Of a DNA stretch of 64,000 nucleotides, positions 45,759-53,554 are shown in pieces. The translations under genes and the position numbers were made by a program. The notes below the pieces were generated by a model. It was not told the DNA's origin and did no database searches. It was given only the letters and a program-made list of their open reading frames with translations. This stretch comes from a virus, in the IMG/VR virus record IMGVR_UViG_3300042296_000700, positions 32,001-96,000 of that record; one strand, given 5' to 3'. Position 1 is the stretch's first letter, and each line of letters begins with the position of its first letter.

Positions 45759-46001
45759 ATGCCTTTATTTGACGAAATTGACACTAAGCAGCGTCTACAG
45801 ATTTTGCGTGGAACTTACAAATCTTTAGAAATTGAACTTTTTGAAGTTTTAACACGTCTGGGAATTGATGTTGATGACTACACTTATGGTGAGCATCCAG
45901 AATTTGCTGATTCAGAAGATAACTGGAATAAACGTCGCGTTATTGAACTAGAAGCAACTTTGGCTACAATTAAGGCAAAGATTGACTCGCTGGCGGCATA
46001 A
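45759..46001 (+). CDS. Hypothetical protein (80 aa)
   Basis: AGGAG RBS; helical. Confidence 0.75.
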   Translation: MPLFDEIDTKQRLQILRGTYKSLEIELFEVLTRLGIDVDDYTYGEHPEFADSEDNWNKRRVIELEATLATIKAKIDSLAA

Positions 46002-46004
46002 GTA

Positions 46005-46424
46005 ATGCAAAGAGTCTTCTATGTGCCTGCATCAACACCAATTACTGCTGAACTAAGCGAGCAAGCGGAATTGCTTGCTCTATCTGTGCTGCATGGTGAA
46101 AGTGCTTTATCGCGTTATGTTGACTTTGACCGCGACATTGCGCAGCCTATTTCTTTGCCATCCGAAAAAATATGCCTTTTCGCTAACGAAGTCCCAATAA
46201 TGCTTCATCAAAGCATTGAGGTAACTAATGATTTTGTTGATATGCGTGACGGCGTAACCCTTGTTTTGAATGGTAAAAAAATTATTGAGCCGTTGATACT
46301 TGAAAAACACTACGCTCGTTATGCCATTGAGTGCACTGGATACGGTGTTCAAGTGTTTGACATATTTGATAAATCTATGCGAATTTTAGAACACGGGGAG
46401 TATTATGTCGTTAACCCTGAGTAA
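46005..46424 (+). CDS. Hypothetical protein (139 aa)
   Basis: Tightly packed in the operon. Confidence 0.7.
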   Translation: MQRVFYVPASTPITAELSEQAELLALSVLHGESALSRYVDFDRDIAQPISLPSEKICLFANEVPIMLHQSIEVTNDFVDMRDGVTLVLNGKKIIEPLILEKHYARYAIECTGYGVQVFDIFDKSMRILEHGEYYVVNPE

Positions 46425-46992
46425 ACCAGCGCCATGTATTTTTGTTTACGAAAATGCTTTGACCGATGGCGAAAAGTTTATTTCAATGCTTGAAGAGCAA
46501 ACCAATGACGAATGGTCACCACTGTCTTGGGATTATTCAAAAACTGGTTCAGGACAAATCAGTGAGTACCGCTCATCGCGCATATGTTCACTGTTGGACA
46601 TTACACGCCCCTGTCCAAGTACGCCAATCTCAGATTTGTTAAATAAATCTATTCTCAAAGATATAGATACGTGCCTTAGTGATTACAGCACATATCACGG
46701 GATTACTGCGTTTATCGGCAATGAAGGTTGGATTGTTCTCAAATATGAGGGTCAAGCGCAATATCGCACCCACTGGGACCACGCACCAGATAACGCCAGA
46801 ACAGTTTCTATTGTGGCATTCCCTTACTCAACAACCAAGGTTGGCGGAGAACTAACATTCCCGCATTTCGGGATAACAATTAAACCCAAAACTGGTTCAG
46901 TAGTTATATTTCCATCTAATTTCCCCTACACGCATACGGCGCATCCAGTTGAAGATGGTGTCAAGTATTCACTTGTTACGTGGTTGAGGTAG
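46405..46992 (+). CDS. 2OG-Fe(II) oxygenase (prolyl-4-hydroxylase-like)
   Basis: LKY...HWD...RTVS...GGEL.F...G.VVIFPSNFPYTH..HPV..GVKYS. Confidence 0.92.
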   Translation: MSLTLSKPAPCIFVYENALTDGEKFISMLEEQTNDEWSPLSWDYSKTGSGQISEYRSSRICSLLDITRPCPSTPISDLLNKSILKDIDTCLSDYSTYHGITAFIGNEGWIVLKYEGQAQYRTHWDHAPDNARTVSIVAFPYSTTKVGGELTFPHFGITIKPKTGSVVIFPSNFPYTHTAHPVEDGVKYSLVTWLR

Positions 46993-46994
46993 AG

Positions 46995-47255
46995 ATGGAA
47001 TACGAAAACATTCCAAATGAAAGATTTGCATGGCTCGGCATTGCACCGCCACCAGATGGTGTTGTTGTTCCAGAAGATAATCCCGTCCCAATTGTTAAGG
47101 ACATATTGCCACCTAATCAAGTGACTGGCGCAGACGAAGGTCTTGGTATATTCAGGTGGCTTATGGCAGACGAAGATGAGCGACAAGACACATTGTCAGG
47201 GTGTAGATTGCTTGACAACTTCGTTTATATGCAAATACCAAAGGAAGACGATTGA
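46995..47255 (+). CDS. Hypothetical protein
   Basis: GAGG RBS; ATG 46995. Confidence 0.65.
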   Translation: MEYENIPNERFAWLGIAPPPDGVVVPEDNPVPIVKDILPPNQVTGADEGLGIFRWLMADEDERQDTLSGCRLLDNFVYMQIPKEDD

Positions 47256-47485
47256 TGGCTATAACATTTGACTACTCTGATAGTAACAATCATATTCAGG
47301 CTTTAACGGCACAGGTTAAAACTTTGATTGATGTTGACTACGATTTTGTTGACGCTAACAACGTTGAGGCTTTTAGGGTTGCTGCAAAAGCAGTGAATGA
47401 ACCAGTGCGCAGTAAATTGCTTCACATGCTCAACTTTATTGTTTTTAATAGTCAAGTAAATAGCGTGTATGGAGATAAACAATGA
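47255..47485 (+). CDS. Hypothetical protein
   Basis: TGATG coupling upstream, ATGA coupling downstream. Confidence 0.65.
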   Translation: MAITFDYSDSNNHIQALTAQVKTLIDVDYDFVDANNVEAFRVAAKAVNEPVRSKLLHMLNFIVFNSQVNSVYGDKQ

Positions 47486-48225
47486 GTGAGATTAATATTG
47501 TCACAGTCGGGAATGCGACTCATCGCATAAGTTCATTTTCGTGTCCTCCACAGTTGCCCTCTATTATTGAGTTCAAGGATTTTAGTCGTGCTATCTATTC
47601 TCGGTTGACAGAATCAGATAAATTTGATTTACGTACTTCTTCACGTTCTGAAGAGTTTCTTGCTTATGGTTTGGTAGGAGCCCCTGGTGGCGAGGACATT
47701 GCCCCAGTTGTTTGGAGTTCACATGGGCAAGCAGAAATGTATGGACGGCTATGTGGGGCAAAGGACGTTTTTATACATAGCGTTCCGTACGCTATTTATT
47801 TTGCTGCCCATAACTACGAAAATGTTTATGTTCTAAATTGTGCTTCAACACTTATTGCGGGTTCGCATGATACTGCGAGTGATGCAGATATCACAAATGT
47901 AACAACACTTTCATGGGACGATGCTTACAACAATATGCCCGAACTTGATATGGCTGTTGTGATGTATTCACATATCTGTGCCGACGATTCCTTATTTGAT
48001 GCAATCATGAACGCTATGAAGCCAAACGGAGTAGTTATCATCCACAACTCAAGCAATGGTGGTGCCCTGTATGAGGTACTTGGAGACAAGAAGCCTCTAG
48101 ATATGGCTGCACAGGTTTCTCTTTCCGCTCTGCTACACAAAAAGATTCTTGACAGAGGCGATTTTTTGACGCAACATTTTCAGGGCTGGGTTTCTCACAC
48201 TGTCTGCGTTAAACTGCCATCATGA
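47482..48225 (+). CDS. Class I SAM-methyltransferase-like protein, possibly degenerate
   Basis: C-terminal LDMAVV...AMKPNGVVIIHN resembles the MTase L.PGG motif region; no clear GxGxG motif I. Confidence 0.5.
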   Translation: MSEINIVTVGNATHRISSFSCPPQLPSIIEFKDFSRAIYSRLTESDKFDLRTSSRSEEFLAYGLVGAPGGEDIAPVVWSSHGQAEMYGRLCGAKDVFIHSVPYAIYFAAHNYENVYVLNCASTLIAGSHDTASDADITNVTTLSWDDAYNNMPELDMAVVMYSHICADDSLFDAIMNAMKPNGVVIIHNSSNGGALYEVLGDKKPLDMAAQVSLSALLHKKILDRGDFLTQHFQGWVSHTVCVKLPS

Positions 48226-49712
48226 CTAACGAACACGAACCTATAAGTTTTGGGATTGTTGGCTCTGGTACGGCAGGGCTAATTTCTGCAATCATGCTCA
48301 GGCAGGCATTTCCGTTATCTAAAGTAACGATTATTTCCTCAAGTACAATCGGCATCATTGGGGTCGGAGAAGGAAGCACTGAACATTGGCGCGAATTTAT
48401 GAATTTGTGCGATATTCCGCTTGAACAGATGTTAGTGAAAACAGCCGCTACACATAAATACGGTATTCGTTTTGAAGGTTGGTCAGGTTCGTTCCCTGAT
48501 TATTTTCATAGTGTTTCTGGCGATGAACAACTTTACGGGTGGGGTCATTACCCGACATATGCGGGCATTCTTGAGAATGGCGACTCATTAACGAGCCAGA
48601 CGAGCAGTATTGGTTTAATTCAAAACAAAATTAAACGCGAGAATTTACATTCCAATACTAACCAATACCATTTTGACACTTTCAAACTTAATAACTATTT
48701 TACCGAACTATGCTTTAAGCGTTCCATCAAAATGATTGATGGTCAAGTTACCGATGTTAAGCGCCACAGTGAAACAGGAAACATCTCTAGCGTACTTCTT
48801 GATAACGGAAGTTCTGTAGAAGCAGACCTTTGGATTGACGCAAGTGGATTCTCCCGTGTATTAATGAACAAACTAGATGCTTCTAATTGGAATTCATTCT
48901 CTGACTACCTCCTCGTTGATTCTGCAATAGCCGCCCCATCCGAATCATCATCAGACGGAATACGTCCATACACGAGAGCAATAGCCAAAGATGCTGGATG
49001 GATATGGGAAATCCCAACACAAGAACGGCGTGGAAATGGATACGTTTACTCATCGCAGTTTGTTTCTGACGATGAGGCTATTGCAACTTTAGAGAAACAA
49101 ATCGGACCGCTATCTATTGCTCCACGAACATTCAAATTTGATGCAGGTCATGTTAAGGAAGTTTGGGTCAAGAATTGTATGGCTATCGGTTTGGCTGCTG
49201 CTTTTGTTGAACCGCTAGAAGCAACATCAATTGGTAGTGCAATTCAGCAAATAAAATATGCAATACCGTATTTTGCGTCATTTGAGCAAAAACATACGGC
49301 ATCGCAAAAGCATTACAACAAACTGTTCACAACAATGATGGATAACATTTTGACGATGATTCGCCTTCATTACATATCGGATAGGCGTGATACTCCATTC
49401 TGGACTGCTTCTTCTGAAATGAAAATTAATGACTCGCTTCAAGAACTTCTTGACCTTTGGCAAGAGAGAGTTCCATGTCGTAATGACGTAGGAACAATCA
49501 ATGGGGAGATGTTCCATGCACCTCACTTATTCCACGTTGCACAAGGACAAGGTGTTTTAAATAGTCGCGCAGCAACCTTGATGATTGACAATTTTAATCT
49601 TCGCAAACAAGTGGAGTTAGATATTTCAAATCGTCGCCATGCCCGTTTTAATCATGAGTTGGTTGACCATCGTGAATCGCTTGATATGCAATTTGAGGAC
49701 AAACTACTGTGA
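48222..49712 (+). CDS. Flavin-dependent (tryptophan-halogenase family) halogenase
   Basis: GSGTAG FAD motif, GVGEGS, ATHKYGIRF (catalytic Lys), IDASGF, GWIWEIP, GNGYVYSS, FVEPLEATSI. Confidence 0.93.
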   Translation: MTNEHEPISFGIVGSGTAGLISAIMLRQAFPLSKVTIISSSTIGIIGVGEGSTEHWREFMNLCDIPLEQMLVKTAATHKYGIRFEGWSGSFPDYFHSVSGDEQLYGWGHYPTYAGILENGDSLTSQTSSIGLIQNKIKRENLHSNTNQYHFDTFKLNNYFTELCFKRSIKMIDGQVTDVKRHSETGNISSVLLDNGSSVEADLWIDASGFSRVLMNKLDASNWNSFSDYLLVDSAIAAPSESSSDGIRPYTRAIAKDAGWIWEIPTQERRGNGYVYSSQFVSDDEAIATLEKQIGPLSIAPRTFKFDAGHVKEVWVKNCMAIGLAAAFVEPLEATSIGSAIQQIKYAIPYFASFEQKHTASQKHYNKLFTTMMDNILTMIRLHYISDRRDTPFWTASSEMKINDSLQELLDLWQERVPCRNDVGTINGEMFHAPHLFHVAQGQGVLNSRAATLMIDNFNLRKQVELDISNRRHARFNHELVDHRESLDMQFEDKLL

Positions 49713-50515
49713 GCCTGCGGAAAATTGATAAGTATAGCGATATTAAAGTTCCTGAGGGAAAGATTGTTATTGTCCCTTGGGATAACCGTCTCCTTGAACT
49801 GCCTCCTTATTCTAACGATAGGGCTCCAGTTCCTCAGTGGATTAAAGATTCTCCTAGCACGCAAGGTTCAATTAGGCGCTGTGCAGCAACAATGGATTTT
49901 GTTTCTTCTGGCATAACAATCCCTGCTTGGACAAACTTTCGTTTTAACAAAACCGAAGGTGAAGATTCATGGGATTTTACTTGCGACCAGTTTGATGGCT
50001 TTGGGGCACATGAACATTTTGTGAATCAACCGTTTGCTTTTGAGCAAACAGGCTCATGTCCTATGACTAAAGTGCGGGCGATGGAAAATGTGGGGTACCC
50101 AAAGTTGGTTAACCCTTTTAGAATCATTACTGCACCAGGTTGGTCAACAATGATTTTGCCAGTTCTTTATGAGCCATCACGACATTTTTCTGTATTACCA
50201 GGCATTGTAAACACCGACTATTATCATGAATCAAACTGTGTGCTTAATTTGCTTGGCAAAGAGTCATTCACTATCCCGTGGGGCGCACCCTTGATGCATC
50301 TAATTCCAATTAAAAGAAGCACGATGGCGCACAGTATTGAATTCCTTGATGAAAGTGCATTCAAGTATGTTGTTGGGCGCGGATTTGGTTCTGGTGCTTT
50401 AAAACCCACTGGGGATGGATGGTCTTCTGCTCGTCTTTATCGCGGTTATAGGTTTAGGCGCGATGCAGAACTCGCTGAAGATAGCCAGAAAAAAAAGTGG
50501 TGGAAAACTAAATGA
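49709..50515 (+). CDS. DUF6065-like protein (dUTPase-like beta fold, oxygenase-cluster associated)
   Basis: PQW.K...IRRC...DF..G..IP.W, K..NPF.I.T.PGWS, GIV.TD.Y, G.PL..LIPIKR. Confidence 0.6.
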   Translation: MSLRKIDKYSDIKVPEGKIVIVPWDNRLLELPPYSNDRAPVPQWIKDSPSTQGSIRRCAATMDFVSSGITIPAWTNFRFNKTEGEDSWDFTCDQFDGFGAHEHFVNQPFAFEQTGSCPMTKVRAMENVGYPKLVNPFRIITAPGWSTMILPVLYEPSRHFSVLPGIVNTDYYHESNCVLNLLGKESFTIPWGAPLMHLIPIKRSTMAHSIEFLDESAFKYVVGRGFGSGALKPTGDGWSSARLYRGYRFRRDAELAEDSQKKKWWKTK

Positions 50516-51207
50516 TTTTCCCTTCTGGCGTTGGTGGCGCTATTGCTTACAAAGATAATGTTTTAAGCGATTCGTTGTGCGCTGACATTATTGAATATGC
50601 GGAAACACACAGCAGCATGATGTACGAAGGTCCAACTATTAGTGGAATTAACAAGCATATAAAGAATTGTTACGATTTTTCTTTGTCGTATTACAGTGAC
50701 CATGCAGAAACTGATGAGCAGCGAAAAGAATTGGCTGCTCTTAATGATTTGGTGTTTGAATCTTTTTCTCCTGCATTGGAAGAATATTGCTCATACTACG
50801 AAGGCTTAAATAACTGGACTAACAGATACGACACTGGATATCAATTTCAAAAATATGCCGCCAATGAAGGGTTCTACAAGCCTCATTGTGATGGCGGAGT
50901 ATATGAGGCTGAGGGTCTTGGAAATCGGGTACTTGGTGTCGTCATGTATCTGAACACCGTAACCAAAGGTGGGGGGACAAACTTTCCGCTGCATGAAGTT
51001 ACTGTTGATTCTGTTTGTGGACGTATTTCGTTTTTCCCTGCTAACTTCACGCATCCTCATGCTGGGTTGATGCCGCTGTCTTCTCCCAAGTACATTATTA
51101 GTACTTTTTGCTATACGGTTCCGAGTGCCCCTAGTGTGGATACTGCGGTTGCGGAACTTGCTTTGAACTATGATGAGCAGTTCAAGCAGACGCCAGATGC
51201 ATTATAA
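50512..51207 (+). CDS. 2OG-Fe(II) oxygenase
   Basis: QKY....FYKPHCD...RVL..VMYLN.V..GG.T.F...FFPANFTHPH.G..P....KYI. Confidence 0.92.
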   Translation: MIFPSGVGGAIAYKDNVLSDSLCADIIEYAETHSSMMYEGPTISGINKHIKNCYDFSLSYYSDHAETDEQRKELAALNDLVFESFSPALEEYCSYYEGLNNWTNRYDTGYQFQKYAANEGFYKPHCDGGVYEAEGLGNRVLGVVMYLNTVTKGGGTNFPLHEVTVDSVCGRISFFPANFTHPHAGLMPLSSPKYIISTFCYTVPSAPSVDTAVAELALNYDEQFKQTPDAL

Positions 51208-51249
51208 TTTTATTCCTTAACAACAAACACCTAACTACGGAGTGGTAAA

Positions 51250-51432
51250 ATGACAGAACAACTTAATCCCCAAATCATTATTGATGAGTTGGTAAAGCGA
51301 GTCAATTCCTTGACGATTGAAAACGTCGTGTTGTCGGCACGAGTACAAATGCTGGCAGACCTCGTTAATTCGCTTAACCATTCACACGATGACGAGGTGG
51401 TTTCGGTAATTGGAGAACCAACGGAGGACTAA
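51250..51432 (+). CDS. Small coiled-coil protein
   Basis: IIDELVKRVNSLTIENVVL. Confidence 0.65.
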   Translation: MTEQLNPQIIIDELVKRVNSLTIENVVLSARVQMLADLVNSLNHSHDDEVVSVIGEPTED

Positions 51433-51435
51433 CAA

Positions 51436-53514
51436 ATGCCTGGTGCCAACGTATTTGCCTACGATGGCACTGGCTATAAGCCCACCAACCGCTCCCTAAC
51501 GGCTGCTATAGCGTCACGTACTGCCTCTGCATACACGGCGGTTTCGTACGCTTATAAGTTAAGTAAAGTGCCTGTAGCAATATCTGGCGCTGCACTCGGT
51601 ACTGGAGCGACAAACTACACGACATCCACACCTCATGGGTTTGTCAATGGCGAAATTATTGCTATTACTGGAATAACTCCAAGTTCTTATAACACAACAG
51701 CCGCAGTCATGGTGGTTAATACTACCCAATTTTATATTGTGGGATTTAACGGTACAACGGGTGGCGCTTACGCATCTGGCGGTGTTGCCACTATTGTTAC
51801 TAACGTCAAGGCAGTTAGTCAGATTTGGCAGGGTTTCCCACCTACTCCGTCACAAGTAACTTTCGTACAGAGTTTTACGGGCACTGCCCCAGACTCAACA
51901 AACCGTACGACTATTTCGTGGACATGCGCAGCAACCACTACTCTTAACCGATTTGAGTTATACCGAAAAGTTGGTGCTGGAGCATTCACTGCTGTCAACA
52001 CAAATATAGGAGCGGGTGTGCGTTCATATGTTGTGGATGGACATGCGGCTGCGACTACATACACTTATTTTGTGAAGTCGGTAGCGAACTCTGGTCTTAC
52101 TTTAAGCGGTGCAGAAAACTCGTTTACTTTGACGGCGTCGGCTCAACCAACCGACTTTATTTTGCAGCAAGGAGTTACTTCTAATTCTGCTACTTGGCGC
52201 GCACGTTTTCCTGCTGGGGTATTCCAAAAAATTCAGTGGTACAACCTTTCTTATGATGGCGTAAATCTGTATTGGGAATTGATAACTTCTGCCACTTTGG
52301 CTAGTAATGCTACGACTAATGACTATACGCGGACTGGTTTGGCTGAACGGGCTGGATATTGGGCGCGATATGTTTTAACTAACTACAATAATCATACGAC
52401 GGGCTCAGATGTAGAAAATCAAAACTATAAATCAATCACAACTCTTAATGCTCCGCCTAATTCACCATCGCTAAATGGGATTAGTACTGGTCCTGCTCAA
52501 AACCCTATACCAGCAGTGGGTTCAAACTCTGGATTCGCAACATCTGGTGAGGTGTTGAAATATATTGGTGTCAACTATACGTTGGCAGCGGATACTGATT
52601 TCTTGAACTGTGAAGTTTATTTGTATTCAGGTACGTCAGCCCCAACAACTTTCGTTAGTAGTCAAGTGTTTACTACGGCACCAGGGGCTGCTCAGGCTGC
52701 GTGGTTTTACGTTTTACCTAACACTAAATATTGGGCTCTCGTCAGACAACGCGACAACAACGGTGGTGAAACTGACAACGCTACTGGCTGGCAGAGTGTT
52801 ACTACCCCCATCGTCTACTCTTTCACGAACGCTAACGCTTTTGACACTGCTACGGGAACAACGTATTCCGAAAGCGCTGCAACGACGGGGATGTATACAG
52901 GTGTTAATTATTTAACAACTGCTATCACTTATGACAGTAATTATAGTGGGACGTTATTGCACGGCGGAAGCACAGCAAACACCACTGACAGAAGTTTGAC
53001 CTCATATCTTTCTTGGAAAGTTGTTAGTTCTGCAACTTCGGGTCAGGATACTGTTGGAAACATCAATTTTGCGATGAGAGACGCCCGCGATAGTTTTCTT
53101 GACTACGGGATTTATGCAACATGGCTGGTTTTTTCTGTAAGAAAGCATAACGTTGTTCTTCAAATGTATAACTCTGCTGGCACATGGCTTGGCGGAGGGG
53201 CGTCGTCACTAGTAAACACAAGAAATAATCAGCCAACTGTTATTGCAAGTTTAAATAACTTTGATTGGGACCATAACTTCAGTTTTGCTACTCAGTCTGT
53301 AAAATCTACGGCTGCTAAAGGCGCGACAACATATGGTGGGGCAGGCAACGGAGGAACACCTTCTTGGAATATGTATTTATCAATAAGAAACCCAGTTAAC
53401 GTGAGCCCCCCTTATGTTCACCTTACGGAATATGAAAGAATAGGACTTCAGTACACTACTGAAACTTCCGTCACAACCTACACAACCACCCCAGCAGTAA
53501 CAAGATATTATTAA
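51436..53514 (+). CDS. Virion protein with FN3-like domains
   Basis: ISW...FELYRK...SY......TTYTYFVKSV; HGFVNGE module; S/T/G-rich. Confidence 0.7.
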   Translation: MPGANVFAYDGTGYKPTNRSLTAAIASRTASAYTAVSYAYKLSKVPVAISGAALGTGATNYTTSTPHGFVNGEIIAITGITPSSYNTTAAVMVVNTTQFYIVGFNGTTGGAYASGGVATIVTNVKAVSQIWQGFPPTPSQVTFVQSFTGTAPDSTNRTTISWTCAATTTLNRFELYRKVGAGAFTAVNTNIGAGVRSYVVDGHAAATTYTYFVKSVANSGLTLSGAENSFTLTASAQPTDFILQQGVTSNSATWRARFPAGVFQKIQWYNLSYDGVNLYWELITSATLASNATTNDYTRTGLAERAGYWARYVLTNYNNHTTGSDVENQNYKSITTLNAPPNSPSLNGISTGPAQNPIPAVGSNSGFATSGEVLKYIGVNYTLAADTDFLNCEVYLYSGTSAPTTFVSSQVFTTAPGAAQAAWFYVLPNTKYWALVRQRDNNGGETDNATGWQSVTTPIVYSFTNANAFDTATGTTYSESAATTGMYTGVNYLTTAITYDSNYSGTLLHGGSTANTTDRSLTSYLSWKVVSSATSGQDTVGNINFAMRDARDSFLDYGIYATWLVFSVRKHNVVLQMYNSAGTWLGGGASSLVNTRNNQPTVIASLNNFDWDHNFSFATQSVKSTAAKGATTYGGAGNGGTPSWNMYLSIRNPVNVSPPYVHLTEYERIGLQYTTETSVTTYTTTPAVTRYY

Positions 53515-53538
53515 TAACTAGTTATTAAGTGCTACACT
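53511..53538 (+). promoter_or_regulatory. Perfect 18-bp palindrome next to an extended -10
   Basis: TTAATAACTAGTTATTAA (53511-53528), then TGC-TACACT (53530-53538), then GGAGGTG RBS. Confidence 0.5.
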
Positions 53539-53554
53539 GTATTGGAGGTGTAGC

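Noticed and set aside
48222-49712. Pyrrolnitrin-type secondary metabolite cluster
   Set aside because: No prnB/C/D-like, NRPS/PKS or transporter genes; locus is flanked by virion genes.
30014-53514. Diversity-generating retroelement or invertase acting on fibres
   Set aside because: No reverse transcriptase, recombinase or near-identical template/variable repeat pair noticed.
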